Part shown: positions 55,882 to 64,000 of the stretch, piece by piece
Numbering within the stretch: position 1 is the first letter of the stretch
Layout: each line of letters begins with the position of its first letter
From: Escherichia coli
Lineage (GTDB): Bacteria; Pseudomonadota; Gammaproteobacteria; Enterobacterales; Enterobacteriaceae
Length of the DNA stretch: 64,000 bases
Strand: one strand, 5' to 3'
Assembly (NCBI RefSeq): GCF_030384885.1
Contig: NZ_CP128613.1
The notes under the pieces: generated by a model
Told to the model about the DNA's origin: nothing
Seen by the model: the letters and a program-made list of their open reading frames with translations, nothing else
Databases searched by the model: none
Position numbers and translations under genes: made by a program

Positions 55882-57083
55882 TACATTGCCTGGAACAGCG
55901 CGTCATCGAGCTGTGTGCTGGTGGCGATAACTTTGGTGTTGGCCTGATAGTTACGCTGGGCGGTCATCAGGTTAACCAGTTCGCTGGTGATATCGACGTT
56001 AGAGCTTTCGAGCACACCGGACGACAGCGTGCCGCAGGTGCCGGAGCCGGGAACGCCAATCAGTGGCGTGCCGGATTCCCCGGTTTGTACCCATGCGGTG
56101 CCGCTCACTGCCTCCAGGCCGTTTTCATTCGGGAAAGTCGCCAGCACCACTTGGCCCTGCAACATGCGCTCGCCGTTGCTGTAGGTGGCGTAAACTTTGC
56201 CATCGTCATCAACCTGCACACCGTTTTGCGTGGCGGAAGCGTAACCGTTGGCGGAGTTGGTGGTGACAGAAAATTCAGAACCGTATTGCGTACAGGTGGA
56301 GTAATCGACGGTCAAATCGATGGGCGCGGCGGCGTCGGTCTGAAACTCAATGGTCTGCGGCGTAGTTGGCGAGGTCAGTTTTCCGGTATTCGGGTCGAAG
56401 GTTAAGGTCGTCGCCGGAACACCAGTCTGCTGCTGACCGTCGAAGGTGTACTGCACTTCCCAGGTGTTATCGCTGGTTTTGGTGAAGTACTGGCATACCG
56501 AGTGTTCGTTACCTAATGAGTCATACACCGTGGTGGTGTAGCTGTCGGTGTACGAACTGCTGTTGGTCGGATCGAACGGCACGGTAGTGCGGTCGATAGC
56601 GTCGTCACTGGCATCGAAGTTGGCGGTAAAGGTCAGGCTGCTGCTGGCCTGCGCCGGGATATTGCCGGTTTTGATCTGGATATCCGTCACCGTACCGGTT
56701 TGCAAAGTGCCGCTGTCATCGACCGGATAGCCCTGCAAATAAGCGCCCGAGGCGTTAACGATATAGCCGTCTTTGTCCGTTTCAAACGATCCGGCGCGGG
56801 TATAAGAGATGTTGCCTGCGCTGTCGCACATCACAAAAAAGCCGTCGTCGTTAATCGCCAGATCCAGCGCATTACCGGTGGAGACCAGCGAACCGCCGCG
56901 CGAAATACTTTGCGCGGTGCCCGCCACGCTGACGCCCATTGCCTGGCTTCCGGCATACATGGCTGAAAACTGGGTAGTCATCGACTTATACCCCACCGTT
57001 CCGGCGTTAGCGATGTTGTTACTGATCCCGTCCAGCTGTTCGTTAACGGCATTCAGCCCCGTTGCGGCAATTTCATAACTCAT
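55881..57083 (-). CDS. lfgE: flagellar hook protein
   Basis: 400-aa FlgE-like ORF. Confidence 0.9.
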   Translation of the reverse strand: MSYEIAATGLNAVNEQLDGISNNIANAGTVGYKSMTTQFSAMYAGSQAMGVSVAGTAQSISRGGSLVSTGNALDLAINDDGFFVMCDSAGNISYTRAGSFETDKDGYIVNASGAYLQGYPVDDSGTLQTGTVTDIQIKTGNIPAQASSSLTFTANFDASDDAIDRTTVPFDPTNSSSYTDSYTTTVYDSLGNEHSVCQYFTKTSDNTWEVQYTFDGQQQTGVPATTLTFDPNTGKLTSPTTPQTIEFQTDAAAPIDLTVDYSTCTQYGSEFSVTTNSANGYASATQNGVQVDDDGKVYATYSNGERMLQGQVVLATFPNENGLEAVSGTAWVQTGESGTPLIGVPGSGTCGTLSSGVLESSNVDITSELVNLMTAQRNYQANTKVIATSTQLDDALFQAM

Positions 57084-57106
57084 TGTTTCTTCCTGTTAAT
57101 TGATTC

Positions 57107-57820
57107 TTACGCCACATCACTGTCGGCATCGGGTACGCCAAACTGGCTAATCATGGTGAACGGCACTTCGCCCACACCTGCAACGTTGAGCACCGGAGAG
57201 CTGCCGTCGAGCGGGATACGTACATCCTCCACTTCGCCGGAGACTTCAATCGGTACCTCTTCTTCCCCGGTGTTGGTCACCACCGAAACGTCGTAATCAC
57301 CCGGCGGGATGCCGTAATCCGCCGGATTAATCGAGAAATCAACCTGGCCTGGTCCAACCGACGAACTCCCTTCCGGGATCAGCGAGACGGTGTAGTCATC
57401 GCCCGCGGCATCGGTAAAGTGGAGTTCGGCGGTGGTACAGGCGTCGTCCAGTGTGGCGCGACCGTTAATGGTCTGGTCACTCACCTGCAAGGCGGTGGTC
57501 TGCACCATAATGTCGTCGCCCACCAGGTTGCCGAGCGCCATCACCTGAATGTTGCTCATCAGCACCGCGTTGGTATTGGCCTGCACGCTCATCTCTTCCA
57601 TCATCGCCACCTGCGCCATCGACGAAAGCTGGTCGATATATTCGGTGGCATCGGTCGGGTCGGTCGGGTCCTGGTTTTGGATCTCGGCGACAAACAGCGT
57701 CAGGAAAGTATCGACGGGCGAGCTATCGCTGCTGCTTGTCGTGTCGCTGGCCGCCACGTTGTTGCTTTCCGCCGTGGCGGTCGGCTGCGGCGATTGCGCA
57801 TTCAGCGCCAGGGTATTCAT
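57107..57820 (-). CDS. lfgD: flagellar hook capping/assembly protein
   Basis: 237-aa FlgD-like ORF. Confidence 0.85.
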   Translation of the reverse strand: MNTLALNAQSPQPTATAESNNVAASDTTSSSDSSPVDTFLTLFVAEIQNQDPTDPTDATEYIDQLSSMAQVAMMEEMSVQANTNAVLMSNIQVMALGNLVGDDIMVQTTALQVSDQTINGRATLDDACTTAELHFTDAAGDDYTVSLIPEGSSSVGPGQVDFSINPADYGIPPGDYDVSVVTNTGEEEVPIEVSGEVEDVRIPLDGSSPVLNVAGVGEVPFTMISQFGVPDADSDVA

Positions 57821-58251
57821 CAGGCTTCTCCCAGTTTCAGCAGGCTTTGCTGCATACTTTTCACGTTGTTGAGCACATCGACATTGGTTTCAAAATCGCG
57901 CGAAGCCGACATCATGTCCGCCATCTGTTCCACCACGTTGACGTCGGGATACCAGACATCGCCGTTGGCATCCGCCAGCGGCGAATGCGGTTCATAGCGT
58001 TTCAGCGCCCCGCCGGTTTGCAGCACGTCCTGCACCTGCACGCTGGCGCCGTCAATGGCATGACGATGCGTTCCCGCCAGCAAACTGTGGTGATACACCG
58101 CGGCAAACACCGGGCTGCGTGCTTTATACGCCTGCGCCTCGCTGCTGGCGGGCGCATTGGCATTCGCCAGGTTACTGGCGACGGTATTCAGACGCAGCGT
58201 TTGCGCCGTCATCGCCGAGCCGGAAATCTGATAGATATCAGTAAATGACAT
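57820..58251 (-). CDS. lfgC: flagellar proximal rod protein
   Basis: 143-aa FlgC-like ORF. Confidence 0.9.
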   Translation of the reverse strand: MSFTDIYQISGSAMTAQTLRLNTVASNLANANAPASSEAQAYKARSPVFAAVYHHSLLAGTHRHAIDGASVQVQDVLQTGGALKRYEPHSPLADANGDVWYPDVNVVEQMADMMSASRDFETNVDVLNNVKSMQQSLLKLGEA

Positions 58252-58253
58252 GC

Positions 58254-58589
58254 TTATTTCCCTTCAATGGCCTCTCTGATACCGCTGATTTGCAGATTCA
58301 GAAAGGTCAGACTGCTTTGATAATCCATACTATTTTGTGAAAACCGCGCCTGTTCGCTGTTCAGTTCCACGGTGTTACCATCTTCCGACGGCTGCATCGG
58401 CACGCGGTACTGCACATCCACCGCCGCGTTATTTGCCCGTTGCATCTCCCTGGCAAAATCAATATCTTTAGCCTTGAAATTTGGCGTATCGACATTCGCC
58501 AGATTCGCAGTCAGTAGCTCGGTCCTCTCAAGACGTAACTTCACTGCCTGCGGATGTACTCCCAATGCTTGCTGAAAACTGATCCCCAT
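58254..58589 (-). CDS. lfgB: flagellar proximal rod protein
   Basis: FlgB-like; start at MGISFQQ because a sigma-54 promoter occupies the longer ORF's first codons. Confidence 0.8.
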   Translation of the reverse strand: MGISFQQALGVHPQAVKLRLERTELLTANLANVDTPNFKAKDIDFAREMQRANNAAVDVQYRVPMQPSEDGNTVELNSEQARFSQNSMDYQSSLTFLNLQISGIREAIEGK

Positions 58590-58624
58590 TTCTTGCGTCA
58601 CTCCCGCTTCAATCCGCATACGCT

Positions 58625-58641
58625 AAGCAATCGCTGTGCCA
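58625..58641 (-). promoter_or_regulatory. sigma-54 (-24/-12) promoter for lfgB operon
   Basis: Minus strand reads TGGCAC-AGCGA-TTGCT, exact -24 GG / -12 GC spacing. Confidence 0.55.
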
Positions 58642-58670
58642 ATTTTTAAGTGACTGATGAGAAAGGGTTT

Positions 58671-59408
58671 ATGAGTTTTCAATTTTGCAGGCGGAAGTTG
58701 TATTTCCTCCTGGCGCTGGCCTTACCGGGCTACGCCGCCGTCCATCCCGTGCAACATAGCGCGCGGGAACAAGTCAACGCCCAGGTGCTGAATGCCGCGA
58801 GCCAGCAGATTGAATCGCTGGCGCAACAGCGGCAGTGGCATGACTATCGCTACACCTTTAAGGTCTACATTCCCTCGCAGATTGCGACCGCCGCGCCCTG
58901 CGCTACGGCCCCCGGCGTCACGCTGACTTCGCCTGCGGAAATCGCTCTCAACCGGATGAACTTCACCGTCAGTTGCCCGCAAAGCTGGCAGATGAACGTT
59001 GCGGTGCGCCCGGATGTTCTGGTGCCGGTGGTGATGGCGAAGTCACTGGTTGCCCGCGATACGCCGCTCACGGCAAATGATGTGGAGCTGAAGCCCTACA
59101 ACGTCAGCGCCCAGCGGCGGGATGTGCTGATGGATCTCAATGAAGCGATTGGTTTAAGCAGCAAACATGCCCTGCAACCAGGCAGGCCGCTTACCAAAGA
59201 AGAACTGGTTTCGCCAGTGCTGATCGAGCGCGATCAGCCGGTGATGATTGTTTACCAGAGCGCGGGGATCACCGCCTCGATGCCCGGCGTGGCGCTGAAA
59301 AATGGTCGCAAAGGGGAAATGGTGAAAGTACGTAACGCCAGCAGTCAGCGGGTCATTAGCGCAATAGTGGCGGAAAGCGGCGTGGTGACAACGGTAAGCG
59401 CGGAGTAA
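58671..59408 (+). CDS. lfgA: flagellar P-ring assembly chaperone
   Basis: FlgA-like ORF, signal peptide from internal Met; divergent from lfgB. Confidence 0.75.
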   Translation: MSFQFCRRKLYFLLALALPGYAAVHPVQHSAREQVNAQVLNAASQQIESLAQQRQWHDYRYTFKVYIPSQIATAAPCATAPGVTLTSPAEIALNRMNFTVSCPQSWQMNVAVRPDVLVPVVMAKSLVARDTPLTANDVELKPYNVSAQRRDVLMDLNEAIGLSSKHALQPGRPLTKEELVSPVLIERDQPVMIVYQSAGITASMPGVALKNGRKGEMVKVRNASSQRVISAIVAESGVVTTVSAE

Positions 59409-59488
59409 TTTACGCAGGCGATTAAAGTTTTGCCGCCTGTTAACCGCTTTACCGGAGTAACACACCTTCAAACAGAGACGAGGTTGCG

Positions 59489-59764
59489 ATGAAAATCACC
59501 CCGACTATGCCAGGCAATCGCCCGACAGCCACAACGGCAGGCTCCAGCCAGCCGCGCAAAACTACGGCGACCACCACGACGCTCAGCGCCGACGACATTA
59601 CCCAGGCGGGATTGCAGTCTGCCCAGCAAACGCTGAACGACCAGCAAGAGAGCGATATCGACAGCGATAAAGTGGCGCAAATGCAGGCGATGCTGGCGTC
59701 CGGCAGCCTGCAAGTGGACACCGAACAGTTAGCCAGCGACATGCTGAGTTTTTTCCAGAACTAA
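59489..59764 (+). CDS. lfgM: anti-sigma-28 factor FlgM-like
   Basis: 91-aa ORF, Thr/Gln-rich, C-terminal amphipathic helix pattern. Confidence 0.7.
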   Translation: MKITPTMPGNRPTATTAGSSQPRKTTATTTTLSADDITQAGLQSAQQTLNDQQESDIDSDKVAQMQAMLASGSLQVDTEQLASDMLSFFQN

Positions 59765-59776
59765 GAGGCCGATGAA

Positions 59777-60205
59777 GTGAGTATCCGGTTACAACAGGTG
59801 AAGGCGTTGTTGCAGGGAATTCGTGACGACGACGCACTGTACGATTCCCTGCGCGAACTTCTCCAGCGTCAGCGGATCTGCATGATTCGCCGCGCCAGTG
59901 AAGAGTTGATGGCGGTAAACGACGAGATAACGCAGCACTATGAGCAGTTGCATGGGCATAGCCATCAGCGGCACAGCCTGCTGCAACTGCTGGGTGTCAG
60001 CGTAAATCGTGACGGTCTGGCGCAGGTGTTTGCCTGGCTTCCGGCGGTACAAAAAGCGGCAGCACAACAGTTGTGGCAACGCCTGGAGCAAAAAACGGAA
60101 CGCTGCAAAGCCTATAACGATAAAAACGGCGAGCTGTTGATTCGTCAGTATGAATTTATTCAGTCTTTTTTAGGCAGCGAAGCGGATTTTCTGTATCAGG
60201 AATAA
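59777..60205 (+). CDS. lfgN: FlgN-like export chaperone
   Basis: 142-aa ORF, GTG start, follows lfgM. Confidence 0.65.
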   Translation: MSIRLQQVKALLQGIRDDDALYDSLRELLQRQRICMIRRASEELMAVNDEITQHYEQLHGHSHQRHSLLQLLGVSVNRDGLAQVFAWLPAVQKAAAQQLWQRLEQKTERCKAYNDKNGELLIRQYEFIQSFLGSEADFLYQE

Positions 60206-60331
60206 CGCGAATACCTTCCCCATAGCGGAAACGGATTTTCCGCCTGATTTCCAATCCTTTGTTTTTGATGAAAAAAAATCCCGGCACGCTTATTGCACAT
60301 CCTGCACAGCATTAAAGACTGGAAGCCACCT

Positions 60332-61261
60332 ATGAGTTTTATTGAATGTTACGAACCGGAATATGTGCGCAATTTTATGGCGCAATATCCCGATTCGCCT
60401 TTATACGTCCGCAAGGTGTGGAAGAATGAGATTCGCCAGAGCCTGGCATTGACCGATATTGCCAGTTGCAAAGCAGTGCTCAACGATGCCAGGGCCTTTG
60501 AATTACAGCTTACCTATCGCCCTGTGGAAGAAAATGCCGCAGCACTCTCCGCGCGCGATGCGATAGTAAACCAGATAATTTTGAGCACCCTCACGCTCCC
60601 GGATTTAACCCCAGAGCTTTCACTGTATGCCGTCGGTATCCTGCTCTCCCGCGCCAATAAAATGCCGGGCAGAGACGGCGACACTCTTGCCCGGCTGACA
60701 ACGCTGCCGCAGGCGCTGGCCGATCACGCACAAAAAGGCACGCTACAGGCACAGTTCGCCCAGCTACCGCCCGTGCCACAGCTGGCGCGCCAACTGGTGA
60801 CACTGCTCGGCAGTTGTGCGTTTGACTGGTCGATTCTGCCAGAAAGCCCGCGCAAAGCCTCGCTACCGTTGCAGGTGACTTTGCTGACGCTGCACGACGC
60901 CAACAGCGAAGCCCTGTTACAGCATCAGCTTCAGACGCAGTGGCAAACCACCTGGCAACAGCATTTTGCCACCGCGCCGTGGATGATGCGTAACTGGCTG
61001 ATTTACCGCGTTTACCACGATGTGATTGGGCAGACTGACGGGGCGGATTATTGCCCGCTGGTGTGCGATTTTTACCTCATCCGCACGTTAATCAGTTTAT
61101 GGACGCTGGATGATTCACCGCTGCGGCAGGAGGATATTTTCGCCCTCTTCGCGGTGTTTGAACGCTGGCGAGTGAGTGAAAATGCGCTGTTAGTTCGCCA
61201 GCAAATTCAGTCGTTATGTGCCGCCGAGCCGCTGCTTTCAGCGTTTTCGCTGCTTACATGA
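60332..61261 (+). CDS. hypothetical protein associated with lateral flagellar locus
   Basis: ORF 60293-61261 (TTG-initiated in track); first ATG at 60332; no motif. Confidence 0.45.
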   Translation: MSFIECYEPEYVRNFMAQYPDSPLYVRKVWKNEIRQSLALTDIASCKAVLNDARAFELQLTYRPVEENAAALSARDAIVNQIILSTLTLPDLTPELSLYAVGILLSRANKMPGRDGDTLARLTTLPQALADHAQKGTLQAQFAQLPPVPQLARQLVTLLGSCAFDWSILPESPRKASLPLQVTLLTLHDANSEALLQHQLQTQWQTTWQQHFATAPWMMRNWLIYRVYHDVIGQTDGADYCPLVCDFYLIRTLISLWTLDDSPLRQEDIFALFAVFERWRVSENALLVRQQIQSLCAAEPLLSAFSLLT

Positions 61262-61281
61262 ATCGCTCTGTGCGCGCTGAT

Positions 61282-61392
61282 GCCCCTCACCCCGGCCCTC
61301 TCCCACAGGGAGAGGGAGAAAACCTGCGCCCAATTCAGCACCACGCTCGATCGGTCCCCTCGCCCCTTCGGGGAGAGGGTTAGGGTGAGGGG
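61282..61392. repeat. about 112-bp GC-rich palindromic intergenic repeat, copy 2 (inverted relative to copy 1)
   Basis: Reverse complement aligns with 54046-54158. Confidence 0.65.
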
Positions 61393-61451
61393 CAAAGCGC
61401 GCATAGCGCCTCCTAACCCATCACATTCACCCACTAACTCACCCAAACACC

Positions 61452-63923
61452 ATGCCAACACCAAGCATCATCAAAACACTCGCCACCCACCGCGAAAAAC
61501 CGTTCGTCAGCGTCGTCACGCCAACCTGGAACCGCGGCGCATTCCTCCCGTACCTGCTCTATATGTACCGCTATCAGAACTACCCGGCAGACCGCCGCGA
61601 ACTGATCATCCTCGACGACTCACCGCAAAGCCATCAACACATCATCGACCGCCTGACCAATGGCACACCGGAAGCCTTTAACATCCGCTACATCCATCAC
61701 CCGGAAAAACTGCCGCTGGGCAAAAAACGCAATATGCTCAACGAACTGGCGAGCGGCGAATATATCCTCTGCATGGATGACGACGACTACTACCCGGCAG
61801 ATAAAATCTCCTGGACCATCGCCATGATGCAAAAACACCGGGCGCTGATCTCTGGTTCCGACCAGATCCCCATCTGGTACAGCCATATCAACCGCATCTT
61901 TCAAAGCCGCAGCTTTGGCCCGCATAACATCCTCAACGGCACCTTTTGTTATCACCGTAACTACCTGAAAAAGCACCGTTACGATGACGATTGCAATTTA
62001 GGCGAAGAGAAAAGTTTCACCGACAATTTCAGCGTTAACCCGCTACAACTGCCCAGCGAACGCACCATTTTGTGTATCTCGCATAGCCACAACACCTTTG
62101 ATAAAGATTTTATTCTTGGGGCCAGCACGCCTGTAAATGCCGAACTGAGCGATATCGTCAGCGATCCGCTGCTACGCAATGCTTATCTGAGTCTGCATAA
62201 CGCCACGCATCACCAGGGGATCAACCATCAGGCGATCGATCAGATAGTTGTTGTGAATCTGGATAAACGCCCGGATCGTTTACGGCAGATCCGTGAAGAG
62301 CTGGCATTGCTGCATATTCCGCCTGAAAAAATTACCCGCCTTGCCGCCTGTGAAGATGAAAACGGTCAACGGGGCCGCCGCCTGTCGCACTTGCAGGCGC
62401 TACGCCTGGCGCAACAGCACAGCTGGCAAAATTACCTGCTGCTGGAAGATGACGCGGTTATTCTCAAGCAGGAGAAACATATTCAGGTACTGAACACGCT
62501 GCTGGCGAGCCTGGCGAAAATCCCCTGGCAGGTGATGATCCTTGGTGGCGAAATTTCGCAAGGAACAATGCTAAAAAGCCTGCCGGGGCTGGTGCACGCG
62601 CGGGACTGCCGCAAAGTGTGCGCTTATCTGGTGAACAGTCGTTACTACCCACAACTGGCGCAGCAGATGGGCAACGATGAGCACTCGCTGGAAGACGGCT
62701 GGCAGCCACTGCTACGCGCCGACAAATGGCTGGCCTGTTACCCGAGTATTTGTTACCAGCGACCGGGCTTTAGCGATATCGAGAAAAAAGCGACCGATAA
62801 CATCATTCACTATTTCAATAAGTTACCCATAGCCACAAAGCCATCCGCATTACCCATCGCCGACACCATCGGCTTTTTAATGGAAACCTCATTCCACTAC
62901 GCGCTCTATCGCCCAATCATCACCGCCCTACAGGCGCAGGGGCAAAGTTGCACACTGGTAATCAACGATCGCGTGTTTAAACCGTTTCTGGATGAAATGC
63001 TGGCGACGCTAAAAAGCATCGACGATCCGCAGCTTAAAGGTATGCGCTTGTCTGAAATGCAGGCACACGGTCAGCGGGTGAAATGCCTGGTCAGCCCCTA
63101 CCACACACCCGCGCTCAATGGCCTTTCACCCGTGAACATCCGCGCCATGTACGGCTTAGCCAAAGAAACGTGGAACCACGCCGACTGGAACCGTTTTTAT
63201 CAACGCATTTTGTGTTACAGCCACTACAGCCAGCAGGCGCTGGCGCACCTCAGCAGCGCGAAAGTGGTCGGCAACCCACGCTTCGACGCCTGGCATAACG
63301 GCACGTTTGACCGCGCCCTGCCGGAAAATATCCAACCCGATTCCCGTAAACCTACGGTGCTCTACGCCCCCACGTTTGGCGCATTAAGCTCCCTGCCCCA
63401 CTGGGCAGAAAAATTGGGGCGCTTGAGCGGTGATGTGAACCTGATTTGCAAACTGCACCACGGTACCTGCTCGCGCCCGGAAGAAGCCGCATCGCTAACC
63501 CAGGCACGCAGGCATTTAAAACAGTGCACCAACTCAGCCCAGCACACACTGGCGCAGCTGGCAAAGGCCGATTACGTGCTCACCGATAACAGCGGCTTTA
63601 TTTTCGATGCTATCCACGTTGATAAGCGAGTGATCCTGCTCGACTTTCCGGGTATGACGGAACTGCTCGACGGTGAGAAAAGTTACTCCACGGCGGAGAG
63701 CGCTGACCAGCGGATTCGCGAAATATTGCCGGTGGCTCATGATATGGCTGAGCTGCGTTACTTATTGTCAGAGGCGTTTGACTGGGGGGCGGTACAGGCG
63801 CGGCTTACGGAGATTCGCCATCACTATTGTGACGCGTTTATGGATGGCAAGGCGGGAGAACGGGCGGCGATGGTGGTTGTGGAGGCGCTGGCGGGCAAGG
63901 AACCGTCAGGAATATGTCGATAA
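61452..63923 (+). CDS. multidomain glycosyltransferase (GT2-like, GT25-like and TagF-like glycerophosphotransferase modules)
   Basis: 823-aa ORF; N-terminal VVTPTWNRG..LDDSP..CMDDDD (GT-A/DXD); middle VVNLDKRPDRL (GT25-like); C-terminal region TagB/F-like. Confidence 0.65.
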   Translation: MPTPSIIKTLATHREKPFVSVVTPTWNRGAFLPYLLYMYRYQNYPADRRELIILDDSPQSHQHIIDRLTNGTPEAFNIRYIHHPEKLPLGKKRNMLNELASGEYILCMDDDDYYPADKISWTIAMMQKHRALISGSDQIPIWYSHINRIFQSRSFGPHNILNGTFCYHRNYLKKHRYDDDCNLGEEKSFTDNFSVNPLQLPSERTILCISHSHNTFDKDFILGASTPVNAELSDIVSDPLLRNAYLSLHNATHHQGINHQAIDQIVVVNLDKRPDRLRQIREELALLHIPPEKITRLAACEDENGQRGRRLSHLQALRLAQQHSWQNYLLLEDDAVILKQEKHIQVLNTLLASLAKIPWQVMILGGEISQGTMLKSLPGLVHARDCRKVCAYLVNSRYYPQLAQQMGNDEHSLEDGWQPLLRADKWLACYPSICYQRPGFSDIEKKATDNIIHYFNKLPIATKPSALPIADTIGFLMETSFHYALYRPIITALQAQGQSCTLVINDRVFKPFLDEMLATLKSIDDPQLKGMRLSEMQAHGQRVKCLVSPYHTPALNGLSPVNIRAMYGLAKETWNHADWNRFYQRILCYSHYSQQALAHLSSAKVVGNPRFDAWHNGTFDRALPENIQPDSRKPTVLYAPTFGALSSLPHWAEKLGRLSGDVNLICKLHHGTCSRPEEAASLTQARRHLKQCTNSAQHTLAQLAKADYVLTDNSGFIFDAIHVDKRVILLDFPGMTELLDGEKSYSTAESADQRIREILPVAHDMAELRYLLSEAFDWGAVQARLTEIRHHYCDAFMDGKAGERAAMVVVEALAGKEPSGICR

Positions 63924-64000
63924 AATTCGATTTTTTAAACATGTCGTTGGAATACGTTTATGCCATCGACATGTTTTGGCGATATGTCGAAAAAACGCGA

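Noticed and set aside
59409-59488. Possible sigma-28 promoter upstream of lfgM (TAAAGTTT ...)
   Set aside because: The -10 element does not match GCCGATAA; lateral systems use their own sigma factor, so no call made
61207-61681. 85-aa and 133-aa ORFs
   Set aside because: Translations of the second palindromic repeat copy

Overview
Escherichia coli-like chromosomal segment, in the orientation opposite to the usual K-12 map around thrW/proBA. All calls are from reading the sequence and ORF track; no database search was run, and K-12/lambda comparisons are from memory. Order, left to right: partial aldo-keto reductase; AraC regulator (ykgA-like); intact intimin-like adhesin fdeC/eaeH; a second aldo-keto reductase truncated next to a low-GC islet; LysR regulator, hydrolase and flavin oxidoreductase; ykgR; Zur-box ykgM-ykgO; ecpRABCDE pilus operon; ykgJ; yagU; a ~13.3 kb degraded mosaic lambdoid prophage at tRNA-Thr bounded by 62-bp direct repeats; proBA, phoE, crl, frsA, gpt, pepD; a membrane hydrolase-like gene; an intact prfH-rtcB pair; ERIC; yafP-dinB without yafNO; and the hook/basal-body half (lfgL to lfgN) of a second, lateral-type flagellar locus (Flag-2) with a large three-domain glycosyltransferase. 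The best candidates for undescribed biology are the low-GC cargo genes at the prophage end: a 447-aa orphan with a possible nuclease motif and a 176-aa membrane-anchored protein, neither of which I can assign to a family. Also unexplained are a duplicated ~120-bp non-coding segment and an inverted pair of ~112-bp palindromic repeats bracketing 7 kb of the flagellar locus. No CRISPR array and no IS transposase were seen.
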